NCBI GenBank assembly: GCA_039028615.1
Contig: JBCCHT010000004.1
Span: 128,001 to 192,000, forward strand
Direction of reading: 5' to 3'
DNA: 64,000 bases
Source: Myxococcota bacterium
GTDB lineage: Bacteria; Myxococcota_A; Polyangia; Nannocystales; Nannocystaceae
In this document: positions 48,854 through 58,699 of the stretch, piece after piece
Position numbering within the stretch: position 1 is the first letter of the stretch
Layout of the letters: the number at the start of each line of letters is the position of its first letter
The notes under the pieces: generated by a model
Database searches by the model: none
What the model saw: the letters and a program-made list of their open reading frames with translations, nothing else
Told to the model about the DNA's origin: nothing
Made by a program: the position numbers and the translations under genes

Positions 48854-49762
48854 TCACAGGCGCACGCGATAGTGGAGATCACAGACCGCATGACAGGCTC
48901 TGCCCTTGGGTCGATCGACGCGCTCGAAACCGGCCTTCTCGTACATCGCTGCGGCCTCGGTCATCGCGGAGCGGGTATCGAGGCACGCCTGTGCATAACC
49001 GTGATCGCGGGCAAAGCCGAGGCACGACTGCAGCAGCGCCTGGCCTCGCCCGCACCCGCGGGCCTCGGGCAGCAGGTACATCTTTTGGATCTCGCCGACC
49101 TGCGGCTCCCCGGGCAGCGGCGCCACCCCGCCCCCACCCACGACGTGCTGCCCGTCGACGATCACCAAGTAGCGCGCGCGCGGGCGCTGAAAGTGGGCGA
49201 ATAGATCGGGCAGCTCCGGCAGCAGGCGCGCGATCTCTTCGTCGGAGTCTCCGAACTCTTCGCGGAGCACCTCGACGATGACTGCGGCGATGCCCTCGTT
49301 GTCGCCGCGCCGCATCGGCCGAATGGGGAGCCGCCGACCGTGGCGAGCCCGGGCGAGCGCCTTGGCGTACAGCGCAATGCCGGACTGCACCATCTCGCGC
49401 TCCGCTTCCGTCAGGGTCTCGAGTGCGTCGTCGATGGTGGCCAGCGAGCTGCGATCGACCAGACGAAGCTGGCGCTTGCCCGCCGCGGTCAGGCCAAAAC
49501 GTTTGTGTCGCTGATCGCCGCGATGAGCGATGCGCTTGATCCAGCCCTTGTCGACCATCCGCCGCACGGTGCGACTACCGGTCGACTTGTCCATCTGCAC
49601 CGCCTCGATGAGCTGCCCGAGGTTGAGCCCCTCGCGCTCCCGCAGCTCGACGAGGATGTGCGCCTGGGTCGCCGTGACCTCGGTGTCGCCACAGAAGCTG
49701 CGAAAGAAGCCCAGCTCTCGCACCATCTGCTGGGAGTGTCGTCGAAACACCGTGCGCTCCAT
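48854..49762 (-). CDS. MarR-family HTH regulator fused to GNAT acetyltransferase
   Basis: TQAHILVEL...MDKSTGSRTV...DQR...LTAAG; EIQKMYLLPEARGCGRG...AAMYEKAGF. Confidence 0.9.
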   Translation of the reverse strand: MERTVFRRHSQQMVRELGFFRSFCGDTEVTATQAHILVELREREGLNLGQLIEAVQMDKSTGSRTVRRMVDKGWIKRIAHRGDQRHKRFGLTAAGKRQLRLVDRSSLATIDDALETLTEAEREMVQSGIALYAKALARARHGRRLPIRPMRRGDNEGIAAVIVEVLREEFGDSDEEIARLLPELPDLFAHFQRPRARYLVIVDGQHVVGGGGVAPLPGEPQVGEIQKMYLLPEARGCGRGQALLQSCLGFARDHGYAQACLDTRSAMTEAAAMYEKAGFERVDRPKGRACHAVCDLHYRVRL

Positions 49763-49784
49763 GCTTCGGCCGTAGGCTAGCGCC

Positions 49785-49813
49785 CGAATTAGTTGCCAAC
49801 AACAACTAATTCG
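49785..49813. promoter_or_regulatory. Perfect palindromic operator CGAATTAGTTG-N7-CAACTAATTCG
   Basis: 11-bp perfect arms in an AT-rich patch 22 nt upstream of the MarR-GNAT start, between divergent genes. Confidence 0.8.
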
Positions 49814-49920
49814 ACTCGAGGCGAATCGCGCCCCCGACGCGGCCCGGGTGAATTCGAGCGAGGTCGCGGGGCACGGCGCGCATTGGCGGCCTGCGGTGCG
49901 GTTCGCCATACTCTCGCCCG

Positions 49921-50676
49921 ATGGCCAGCACGCCGATCCGAACCGCCTTCATCACCGGAGCCAGCAGCGGCATCGGGTCCGCCCTCGCCAAGCGACTCGC
50001 CCGCGAAGGCGTCACCGTGGCCTTGGCCGCGCGCCGCGAGCAAGCCCTGCGAGACCTCGCCGACGAGATCGAAGCCGAAGGCGGCCGCGCCACGATCCAC
50101 CCCGTGGACGTGTCCGATCCGCATGCGACCATCGCCACCATCACCGCGGCCGACGACCAACACGACGGGCTCGACGTGGTCGTCGCCAATGCGGGCGTGG
50201 GCAAGGGGCAGTGGAGCGGCAAGCTGACCTGGGACGATTGCGCCAACGTGCTCGCGGTCAATGTGGCGGGCGCGACCGCGACCCTCGTGGCCGCCCTGCC
50301 CCGCATGGTCGAGCGCAAGCGTGGTCACCTGGTGGGCATCTCGAGCATCGCCAGCTACCGCGGCCTGCCCAAGTTCGCGGTCTATAGCGGGTCCAAGGCC
50401 TACCTCAGCACCTTCCTCGAGGGGCTACGCGTCGACCTGCGCAGCACGGGCATCAGCGTCACCGACATCCGCCCCGGCTTCGTCGAGACCCCGATGACCG
50501 AAGACAACGGCAAGATGCCGTTCGTGGTCACGGCCGAAGACGCGGCCGACCGCATCTACCGGGCCATCCGCGGCCGCAAGGACGTGCTCACCTTCCCGCT
50601 GCCCATGGCGGGCGCCGCCAAGACCATGGCCGCCCTGCCCAACGCGATCTACGACCGCATGATGAAGCTCGGCTAG
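49921..50676 (+). CDS. SDR family oxidoreductase
   Basis: TGASSGIG, NAG, YSGSK (YxxxK), PGFVETPM. Confidence 0.93.
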   Translation: MASTPIRTAFITGASSGIGSALAKRLAREGVTVALAARREQALRDLADEIEAEGGRATIHPVDVSDPHATIATITAADDQHDGLDVVVANAGVGKGQWSGKLTWDDCANVLAVNVAGATATLVAALPRMVERKRGHLVGISSIASYRGLPKFAVYSGSKAYLSTFLEGLRVDLRSTGISVTDIRPGFVETPMTEDNGKMPFVVTAEDAADRIYRAIRGRKDVLTFPLPMAGAAKTMAALPNAIYDRMMKLG

Positions 50677-50688
50677 GAGTCGCCCGTC

Positions 50689-51765
50689 ATGGCCGCCTAT
50701 CGCTCGCAGATCCAACAGTCGCTGCACTACTTCGCGCGGCCTCACCAGGAGATCCGGCGCACCCCGATCGGGGGCCGGGCGGCGTGGCGAGGCGGGGACC
50801 TCCGCCCCGAGCAGTGGCTGGAGACGCTCGACGCGGCGGCGATCGAAGAGCTGTGCGCGGCGCTGAAGCATGCGGGCGACTGCGGCCGCCCCACGGGCGA
50901 GCTGACCCGCGACGACTTCCCGCTCCCGAACCTCGGTTCACGCTTCGCGGGGTGGCGCGACGAGCTTTCGAGAGGCCGCGGTTTCCTCGTGCTGCGAGGC
51001 ATTCCCGTCGAGCGCTTCAGCGAGACCGAGGCGGAGCGCTTCTTCTGGTGCTTCGGCCTGCACATGGGCATCCCCGGCGCCCAGAACCCGCAGGGCGATC
51101 TGGTCGGTCACGTGCGCGACACCGGAGCCCCGATGGACGGCTCCGTTCGCCAGTACCGAACCCGCGAGGCCATCGACTATCACTGCGACCTCGCCGACGT
51201 GGTGGGTCTGTTGTGCCTGCGCACCGCGGCATCGGGCGGCACCAGCTGCATCGCCAGCTCCGTGCATGCCTACGACGAAATCGTGCGACGCCGCCCCGAT
51301 CTCGTCGACCAGCTCTATCGCCCGATGAAGGTCGACACCAAGGGCGAGGGGGGCATCCCCTTCATCCCGGTGGAGCCCTGCCGCTATGCCGAGGGCCAGC
51401 TGCGCACGTTCTGGCACTCGTCGTACTTCCGGTCGCTCGAGCGCTACGACTGGGCCGAGCCCCTGACGGATCCCGAGCGCGAGGTGCTACAGCTGCACTC
51501 GAAGATCATGGCCGAGCCGGGCACCGCCCTGCACATGGAGCTGCGACGCGGCGACATTCAGATGGTGAACAACCACACCATCGTGCACGGGCGCGGGGCC
51601 TTCGAAGACGGCGATCAGCCGCGTCACCTCCTGCGGCTGTGGCTCTCGCTGCCGCACCCCCAGGGGCTGGCGTCGCGGCTTCGGGCGGAGCGCAGCCGCT
51701 TGCAGGTCCTGGGTCGACTGGTCGGGATGCGGCTCAAGGCTCGATTCACCTCGCAGTGGAAGTAG
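50689..51765 (+). CDS. TauD/TfdA family dioxygenase
   Basis: GRGF..LRG, YHCD..DVVGLLCL (HxD), NNHTIVHGR, RHLLRLWL. Confidence 0.9.
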   Translation: MAAYRSQIQQSLHYFARPHQEIRRTPIGGRAAWRGGDLRPEQWLETLDAAAIEELCAALKHAGDCGRPTGELTRDDFPLPNLGSRFAGWRDELSRGRGFLVLRGIPVERFSETEAERFFWCFGLHMGIPGAQNPQGDLVGHVRDTGAPMDGSVRQYRTREAIDYHCDLADVVGLLCLRTAASGGTSCIASSVHAYDEIVRRRPDLVDQLYRPMKVDTKGEGGIPFIPVEPCRYAEGQLRTFWHSSYFRSLERYDWAEPLTDPEREVLQLHSKIMAEPGTALHMELRRGDIQMVNNHTIVHGRGAFEDGDQPRHLLRLWLSLPHPQGLASRLRAERSRLQVLGRLVGMRLKARFTSQWK

Positions 51766-51780
51766 CGCGCAGCGCCTCAC

Positions 51781-51831
51781 AAAAAAGCGGGCCGGTCTGC
51801 GCCGGGACGCCCCCACGGCACAGACCAGCCC
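51781..51831 (-). terminator. Intrinsic terminator for the 51856..52155 gene
   Basis: On the minus strand, a 16-bp stem GGGCUGGUCUGUGCCG/CGGCGCAGACCGGCCC with two G-U pairs is followed by GC-UUUUUU. Confidence 0.8.
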
Positions 51832-51855
51832 GGACCAGCGAACCGGAAAACGGTG

Positions 51856-52155
51856 CTACTCGGCGTCCGCGGCCTCCTCGGCGGCGGGCTCGGTCGCCTC
51901 GTCGGTGGGCGTCTCGTCCGTGACCATGTCCTCGTCACCGTCGGCGCTCGCCGGTTCGGTGACCTCCTCTCCCGGGCAGGCCGGGAATTCACAGTTCGGA
52001 CCGGTACGGCTCACCGAGCTGCCGTCATCACAGACTTTGGCGTCGGCGGTGCAGGCCGTCATTCCATCCGGTTTGGCCGTGTCGGCCTTGGGGTTGCACG
52101 CCCCAATGGTGGCCGCCGCCAAGATGGCCGCGGCGAGTGGGTGTCGTATCGTCAT
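51856..52155 (-). CDS. Small lipoprotein with CTxDAKxCxDGSxVxRxGPxCEFxxCP motif
   Basis: IGAC lipobox; 4-Cys mini-domain; acidic tail. Confidence 0.8.
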   Translation of the reverse strand: MTIRHPLAAAILAAATIGACNPKADTAKPDGMTACTADAKVCDDGSSVSRTGPNCEFPACPGEEVTEPASADGDEDMVTDETPTDEATEPAAEEAADAE

Positions 52156-52224
52156 GCCCCCAAAACGCCGCCCGCGTGGCGGCCCTTGCAGGGCGACCCC
52201 CGAAAAAGCGAGCCGGTCGTTTTT

Positions 52225-52869
52225 TCAGCCCGGGGTTTGAATATCCAGCGAGCGCCACAGATACCAGCTCGCCACCGACCGGTAGGGCCGACATCGCTCG
52301 CCCCAGGCCTCCATCTCGCGCTTGCCCGGCAGCTGCTCCGTGCCCATCAGCAGCGCGACGCCCTTGCGAACCCCGAGGTCATCGACCGGCCACTGATCGA
52401 GGCGACCGAGCTGGAACATCATGAACATCTGCGCCGACCAACGCCCGATGCCGCGAACCGCGGTGAGCCGCTCGATGAGCGCCTCGTCGTCGAGCTCTTC
52501 CACGTCGTCCAGTGGCAGGCGGCCCTCCACGACGTGGCGACACAGGTCGCGCAACGCCGCCTGCTTCTGTCGGGACAACCCCGCCTTGCGCAGCTTGGTG
52601 TAGTGCGTGCGGCGGATCTGCTGCGCCGAGGGAAACAGGTCGCCCGAGTACAGGGCCCGAAAGCGGCCATAGATGGTCGCGGCCGCCTTCCCGGACAGCT
52701 GCTGGTACACGATGGCGCGCGCCAGCGACTCGAGGTGGCTGTCGGCCTCGCCCACCCGCATGCGGCAGCGCCCAACCTCGTCGATGACCCGAGCGAGGCC
52801 TTCGTCGGCCTTACGCAGTTTGGCCAGGGCTCCTCGGGGCAGACGAATCGCTCGCCCGCTCGCGCTCAT
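52225..52869 (-). CDS. alkA: DNA-3-methyladenine glycosylase (AlkA family, HhH-GPD)
   Basis: AIVYQQLSGKAA, RGIGRWSAQM, PVDDLGV, PYRSVASWYLW. Confidence 0.9.
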   Translation of the reverse strand: MSASGRAIRLPRGALAKLRKADEGLARVIDEVGRCRMRVGEADSHLESLARAIVYQQLSGKAAATIYGRFRALYSGDLFPSAQQIRRTHYTKLRKAGLSRQKQAALRDLCRHVVEGRLPLDDVEELDDEALIERLTAVRGIGRWSAQMFMMFQLGRLDQWPVDDLGVRKGVALLMGTEQLPGKREMEAWGERCRPYRSVASWYLWRSLDIQTPG

Positions 52870-52962
52870 CGGGGGACCCTCGCCCGTCTTGCTGCCGTGA
52901 CCATCACGCTCCTATAGTCTCCCGCACGTCGCACAGCGACGAAAGGCCGGGGAGACGACGCG

Positions 52963-53790
52963 ATGAGCGAGCACGCACGGAACGCAGCAAAGGTAGTCGA
53001 GCAACGTCGCCCCGGGTTTCGCCCGCGCGTGGGCCTGACGCTGGGCTCCGGCCTCGGAGCGCTGGCCGAGAAGGTCGAAGACGCGACGGTCATCGACTTC
53101 ACCGACCTGCCGGGTTTCCCTCAGCCCAGCGTCGAGGGGCACCACGGTCGCCTCGTGCTCGGACGCCTCGGCGGTCAGGACGTCGCGTGCCTCCAGGGTC
53201 GCGTGCACCTGTACGAAGGCCATGCCCCGCAGGCGGTCACCCCGCTGGTCCGCACGCTCAAGCTCATCGGGTGCGAGACCTACTTCGCGACCAACGCGGC
53301 GGGGGCCCTCGATGTCGACGCCGAGCCGGGTCAGCTGATGCTGATCACCGATCACATCAACTTCCAGGGCGGCAACCCGCTGGTCGGGCCCAACGACGAT
53401 TCCTTCGGCCCCCGCTTCCCCCCGATGGACGGGGCCTACGACGCCGAGCACCAGCAACAGCTGCGTGACGTCGCCAAGGACCTGGGCATCCCCCTGCGCG
53501 AGGGCGTCTACCTCGCCACCCTGGGGCCCAACTTCGAGTCCCACGCCGAGGTCCGGGCCTTCGGCATCCTCGGCGCCAACGCGGTGGGAATGTCCACCGT
53601 GCCCGAGGTCATCGTGGCCCGACACTGTGGTCTGCGGGCCGCGGCCGTCTCCGTGCTGACCAACCTCGCGGCCGGCCTGTCGGACATGGTCCTCAGCCAC
53701 GAGCAGACCCTGCAGTACGGCCAGGCCGCTGCGGCGGACCTCACACGGCTCGTTTTGGGCTTCCTCGAGCGCTTGCCCGCCAAGGGCTGA
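52963..53790 (+). CDS. punA: Purine-nucleoside phosphorylase (trimeric PunA/XapA type)
   Basis: LGSGLG, QGRVHLYEG, TNAAG, GPNFES.AE, VGMSTVPE, SHE. Confidence 0.92.
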   Translation: MSEHARNAAKVVEQRRPGFRPRVGLTLGSGLGALAEKVEDATVIDFTDLPGFPQPSVEGHHGRLVLGRLGGQDVACLQGRVHLYEGHAPQAVTPLVRTLKLIGCETYFATNAAGALDVDAEPGQLMLITDHINFQGGNPLVGPNDDSFGPRFPPMDGAYDAEHQQQLRDVAKDLGIPLREGVYLATLGPNFESHAEVRAFGILGANAVGMSTVPEVIVARHCGLRAAAVSVLTNLAAGLSDMVLSHEQTLQYGQAAAADLTRLVLGFLERLPAKG

Positions 53791-53941
53791 CCAGACGACC
53801 ACCCCCGCCCGAATTCGGCGGAAAACAGCCTACGCCCGGCCCCCCACGGCCATCTCGCGTCCGCTTCGATCTTCGGGCAGACTCGATGACCCGCTCGAGG
53901 TCGCGCCCGTTTCGGCGCGCCAGCGTAGGAGGCCGGATTCG

Positions 53942-54958
53942 ATGGGCAAGAACAAGAACAAGGACAAGAGGCACGTGCGCGCCGTACCGGAGCCGCCGGC
54001 CGACCACACCATCGAGCGCAACCCCGGCATGCCGCTGTCGCTCGACTGGGTCCGCGAGATCCGAGTCAACCGCAGCGCGGTCGAGCGCCGTGCCGCCACC
54101 ATCCCCACCCGTCGCTCGGTCAAGAAGGCCTGGCAGGCGGCGTGGTACCTGCGGGCGATCGCGCTGACCGACCTCACCACGCTGGCCGGCGACGACACGC
54201 CGGGCCGCGTCCGCCGACTCTGCGCCAAGGCTCGCAACCCCGTGCGCCAGGACTTGCTCGACGCGATGGAGGTCGGTGACCTGAACCTCAAGGTCGCGGC
54301 CGTCTGCGTCTACCACGAGATGATCCCGACCGCGATCGAGGCCCTCGAGGGCAGCGGCATCCCCGTCGCGGCCGTGGCCGCGGGCTTCCCCGCCGGCCTC
54401 TCCCCGCTCCCCGAGCGGATCAAGGAGGTCGAGCAATCGGTGGCCGCGGGCGCGACCGAGATCGACATCGTCATCAACCGCGCCCACCTGTTCACGGGCA
54501 ACTGGCAGGCGATGTACGACGAGGTCCGGGCCTTCCGCGAGGCCTGCGGCGACGCCCACCTCAAGTCGATCATCGCGACCGGTGACCTTCGCATCCTGCG
54601 GAACGTGGCCAAGGCCAGCGTGGTCTGCATGATGGCCGGCTCCGACTTCATCAAGACCTCGACCGGCAAGGAGTCGGTCAACGCGACCTTGCCCGTCAGC
54701 CTGGTCATGGCCCGCATGGTGCGGACCTATCTCGAGCGCACCGGGTTCAAGGTCGGCTTCAAGGCGGCGGGCGGCATCCGAGCCGCCAAGCAGACCTTGG
54801 GCTACCTGGCCCTCATGAAGGACGAGCTCGGCCGCGAGTATCTCGAGCCCGAGCTGTTCCGCTTCGGCGCCTCGTCCCTCGTCTCCGACATCGAGCGTCA
54901 GCTCGAGCACTACGTGACCGGCCGCTACTCGGCCTCGTTCCGTCACCCCATCGCGTGA
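53942..54958 (+). CDS. deoC: Deoxyribose-phosphate aldolase (long DERA-type)
   Basis: DLTTLAGDDT, AAVCVY, EIDIVI, DFIKTSTGK, GFKAAGGI, RFGASSL. Confidence 0.95.
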   Translation: MGKNKNKDKRHVRAVPEPPADHTIERNPGMPLSLDWVREIRVNRSAVERRAATIPTRRSVKKAWQAAWYLRAIALTDLTTLAGDDTPGRVRRLCAKARNPVRQDLLDAMEVGDLNLKVAAVCVYHEMIPTAIEALEGSGIPVAAVAAGFPAGLSPLPERIKEVEQSVAAGATEIDIVINRAHLFTGNWQAMYDEVRAFREACGDAHLKSIIATGDLRILRNVAKASVVCMMAGSDFIKTSTGKESVNATLPVSLVMARMVRTYLERTGFKVGFKAAGGIRAAKQTLGYLALMKDELGREYLEPELFRFGASSLVSDIERQLEHYVTGRYSASFRHPIA

Positions 54959-54972
54959 AGGCAGCCCACATC

Positions 54973-57369
54973 ATGAGCAGCTCCAGCGTCGCCGAAATCT
55001 TCCAGAGCATGGACTACGGGCCCGCCCCCGAGAGTGATGGGCCCGCCCGCCAGTGGCTCGCCCAGCACGACGGCAAGTTCGGCCTCTTCATCGACGGCAA
55101 GTGGCAAGAGCCCGACACGGGCACCCACTTCGACTCCACCAATCCCTCCGACGGCAAGGTCCTGGCCCAGATCGCGCAAGCGGGCGAGGCCAGCGTGGAC
55201 GCAGCGGTCAAGGCCGCTCGCACGGCGCAGGCCGGCTGGGCCGCCCTGGGTGGCCACGGCCGTGCTCGCTACCTCTACGCCCTCGCGCGGCTCGTGCAGC
55301 GGCACAGCCGGCTTCTGTCCACGCTCGAGAGCCTCGACAACGGCAAGCCCATCCGCGAGACCCGGGACATCGACATCCCGCTGGTCGCCCGGCACTTCTA
55401 TCACCACGCGGGCTGGGCCCAGCTCATGGAGACCGAGCTGCGCGGCATGGCTCCGGTGGGCGTGGTCGGCCAGGTCATCCCCTGGAACTTCCCCCTGCTC
55501 ATGCTGGCGTGGAAGGTCGCGCCGGCCCTGGCCGCGGGCAACACCATCGTCATCAAGCCGGCCGAGTTCACCAGCCTCAGCGCCCTGCTCTTCGCCGAGC
55601 TGGCCGCGAAGGCGGGCCTGCCCCCCGGCGTGCTCAACATCATCACGGGTGACGGCTCCACCGGGGCGCTCATCGTGGGGCACGAGGACATCGACAAGGT
55701 CGCCTTCACCGGCTCGACCGACGTGGGTCGCATCATCCGCAAGGCCACCGCGGGCCAGGCCAAGCACCTCACCCTCGAGCTCGGCGGCAAGTCGCCCTTC
55801 ATCGTGTTCAACGACGCCGACCTCGACTCGGCCGTCGAGGGCGTGGTGGATGCCATTTGGTTCAACCAGGGGCAGGTGTGCTGCGCCGGATCGCGCCTGT
55901 TGCTGCAAGAGGACATCGCCGAGGCGATGATCGCCAAGCTGCGGGCCCGCATGGACACGCTGCGCATCGGCAACCCGCTCGACAAGTGCATCGACGTCGG
56001 CGCCATCGTGGCTCCCATTCAGCTCGAGCGCATCGAGACGCTGGTCAAGCAGGGCGTCGACGAAGGCGCCACGCTGTACCAGCCCAAGGGCGCGTGCCCC
56101 AAGGACGGCTGCTTCTACCCGCCGACTCTGCTCACCGGGGTGCAGCCCGCCGCCACCTTGGCCCAAGAAGAGGTCTTCGGCCCCGTGCTGGTCACCATGA
56201 CCTTCCGGACCCCGGACGAGGCGGTCGAGATCGCCAACAACATCCGCTACGGCCTGGCCGCCAGCGTGTGGAGCGAGAGCATCAACCTCGCCCTCGACCT
56301 CGCCCCGCGCATTGCGGCGGGCGTCGTGTGGATCAACTCGACCAATACCTTCGACGCCGCCTGCGGCTTCGGTGGCTACCGCGAGTCCGGGTTCGGGCGC
56401 GAGGGCGGCATCGAGGGCATGCACGCGTACCTCGAGCCCGCCTTCATCGAGCAGCTGCCGCGCTACGAAGACCCGGCACCGCTGCCCGAGCCCAAGGAGC
56501 CCGAGACCGGCGAGGGCCTCCGCAGCATCGACCGCACGGCGAAGCTCTACTACGGCGGCAAGCAGGCCCGCCCCGACGGCGGCTATAGCCGCTCCGTGCT
56601 CGGCCCCGACGGCACCATCGTGGGCGAGGTGGGCGAAGGCAACCGCAAGGACATCCGCAACGCGGTCGAGGCCGCGCGCAAGGCTTCGGGCTGGGCCACC
56701 CGTCCCGCCCACGGCAAGGCGCAGATCCTCTACTACATCGCCGAGAACCTCGAGGCGCGCGCCGAAGAGTTCGCCCGCCGCCTGGTGGCCATGACCGGGG
56801 TCAGCCGGGCGCAGGCTGATCGCGAGGTCCAGGCCTCCGTGTCGCGGCTGTTCTCCTACGGCGCCTGGGCCGACAAGTTCGAGGGTCGGGTCCACAGCCC
56901 GCCCATGCGCAACGTGACCATCGCGATGCACGAGCCGATCGGCGTGGTGGGCATCACCTGCCCCGACGACGCGCCGCTGCTGTCGTTCATCTCGCTGGTC
57001 GCCCCGGCCATCGCGATGGGCAATACCGTCATCGCGCTGCCCTCCGAGCGCCACCCGCTGGCCGCCACCGACCTGTACCAGGTCTTCGACACCTCCGATG
57101 TCCCCGGCGGCGTGGTCAACATCGTCACCGGCGACCGCAAGGGTCTGACCAAGGTCCTCGCCGCGCACGACCGCGTCGACGCCTACTGGTACGTGGGTCC
57201 CAAGTCCGGCTCCAAGCTCGTCGAGGAGCTGAGCATCGGCAACATGAAGCGCACGTGGGTCAACAACGGTCGCCGCCGCGACTGGTTCGACAACGAGCAG
57301 GGCGAGGGTCGCGAGTTCTTGCGGCACGCAGTGCAGGTCAAGAACATCTGGGTTCCCTATGGCGAGTAA
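54973..57369 (+). CDS. Aldehyde dehydrogenase with extra C-terminal ALDH-like domain (ALDH16-like)
   Basis: IPWNFP, FTGST, LELGGKSP, FNQGQVCCAG, GGYRESGFGREGG, then a second partial ALDH module. Confidence 0.92.
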   Translation: MSSSSVAEIFQSMDYGPAPESDGPARQWLAQHDGKFGLFIDGKWQEPDTGTHFDSTNPSDGKVLAQIAQAGEASVDAAVKAARTAQAGWAALGGHGRARYLYALARLVQRHSRLLSTLESLDNGKPIRETRDIDIPLVARHFYHHAGWAQLMETELRGMAPVGVVGQVIPWNFPLLMLAWKVAPALAAGNTIVIKPAEFTSLSALLFAELAAKAGLPPGVLNIITGDGSTGALIVGHEDIDKVAFTGSTDVGRIIRKATAGQAKHLTLELGGKSPFIVFNDADLDSAVEGVVDAIWFNQGQVCCAGSRLLLQEDIAEAMIAKLRARMDTLRIGNPLDKCIDVGAIVAPIQLERIETLVKQGVDEGATLYQPKGACPKDGCFYPPTLLTGVQPAATLAQEEVFGPVLVTMTFRTPDEAVEIANNIRYGLAASVWSESINLALDLAPRIAAGVVWINSTNTFDAACGFGGYRESGFGREGGIEGMHAYLEPAFIEQLPRYEDPAPLPEPKEPETGEGLRSIDRTAKLYYGGKQARPDGGYSRSVLGPDGTIVGEVGEGNRKDIRNAVEAARKASGWATRPAHGKAQILYYIAENLEARAEEFARRLVAMTGVSRAQADREVQASVSRLFSYGAWADKFEGRVHSPPMRNVTIAMHEPIGVVGITCPDDAPLLSFISLVAPAIAMGNTVIALPSERHPLAATDLYQVFDTSDVPGGVVNIVTGDRKGLTKVLAAHDRVDAYWYVGPKSGSKLVEELSIGNMKRTWVNNGRRRDWFDNEQGEGREFLRHAVQVKNIWVPYGE

Positions 57370-58696
57370 AGCCGGACCCTTCCTCCCGCAGGAGATCATC
57401 CGCAAGGTCCGCGACCGCGTCGCGCTGACCGAAGCGGAGATCCAGTTCTTCGTCGCGGGCCTCCGCGACGAAAAGCTGAGCGAGGGGCAGGTCGCCGCGT
57501 TCGCCATGGCCGTGTTCTTCACCAGCCTGACCCGCCCCGAGTGCGTGGCGTTGACCCGCGCCATGATGGAATCGGGCGACGTGCTCGACTGGTCGGGCCA
57601 CGATCTGCCCGGCCCCATCGTCGACAAGCACTCCACCGGAGGCGTGGGCGACAAGGTCAGCCTGATCCTCGCCCCGGCGCTGGCCGCCTGCGGTGCGGTG
57701 GTCCCGATGATCTCCGGCCGCGGACTCGGCCACACCGGAGGCACGCTCGACAAGCTCGAGAGCATCCCCGGCTACGACGTTCGCCCCGACAACGACCGCT
57801 TCGGCGAGGTCCTGCGCGAGGCCGGCTGCGCCGTCATCGGTCAGACCGCCAACCTCGCCCCCGCCGACAAGCGCTTCTATGCGATCCGCGACGTCACGGC
57901 GACGGTCGAGTCGATCCCGCTCATCACCGCCTCGATCCTCAGCAAGAAGCTGGCCGCGGGCCTCCAGCGCCTGGTGCTCGACGTGAAGGTCGGCAGCGGG
58001 GCATTCATCCCCGAGCCGGATCGCGCCCGCGAGCTGGCCCAGAGCCTCGTCGAGGTCGCCAAAGGGGCGGGCCTGCCCTGCTCCGCCGTGCTCACCGACA
58101 TGAACGAGGTGCTGGGGTGGACGGCCGGCAACGCCATCGAGGCGCGCGAGTCCATCGAGCACCTGCTCGGCAAAGCGAGGGATCCCCGCCTGCACGAGGT
58201 CACGGTGGAGCTGGCGGCCGAGCTGCTGCATCCCACCGGGCTCGCCACCGACCTCGACGATGCCCGCGCCAAGGTCCAGCGCTCCCTCGACGACGGCTCC
58301 GCCGCGCAGCAGTTCGCCAAGATGGTGCAGGCGCTCGGCGGCCCCGCCGACATCCTCGACAACTACGAGACGCACCTTCCGCTCGCGCCCGTCACCATGG
58401 AGGTCAAGCCCGAGCAGCCCGGCTATATCCAGTCGATGGACGTGCGCGCCGTCGGCCTGGCCGTGCTCGCCATGGGCGGAGGACGACGGCGCCCCGACGA
58501 CGCGATCGATCCCAGCGTGGGCCTCTCCCAGATCCGGGGTCGCGGCGCCGACGTCGGTCCCGATGCCCCGATCGCGGTGATTCACGCCCGCGACGAGGCG
58601 CAAGCCGAGGCCTGCGCGAAGGCCCTGCTCGGCGCGGTGACGGTGGGCGAGCAGGTCCCCGTCCCCACGCCCGCGATCCTCGATCGCATCGGCTAG
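57359..58696 (+). CDS. deoA: Thymidine phosphorylase
   Basis: DKHSTGGVGDK, SGRGLGHTGGTLDKLESIPG, SILSKKLA. Confidence 0.95.
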   Translation: MASKAGPFLPQEIIRKVRDRVALTEAEIQFFVAGLRDEKLSEGQVAAFAMAVFFTSLTRPECVALTRAMMESGDVLDWSGHDLPGPIVDKHSTGGVGDKVSLILAPALAACGAVVPMISGRGLGHTGGTLDKLESIPGYDVRPDNDRFGEVLREAGCAVIGQTANLAPADKRFYAIRDVTATVESIPLITASILSKKLAAGLQRLVLDVKVGSGAFIPEPDRARELAQSLVEVAKGAGLPCSAVLTDMNEVLGWTAGNAIEARESIEHLLGKARDPRLHEVTVELAAELLHPTGLATDLDDARAKVQRSLDDGSAAQQFAKMVQALGGPADILDNYETHLPLAPVTMEVKPEQPGYIQSMDVRAVGLAVLAMGGGRRRPDDAIDPSVGLSQIRGRGADVGPDAPIAVIHARDEAQAEACAKALLGAVTVGEQVPVPTPAILDRIG

Positions 58697-58699
58697 GCG

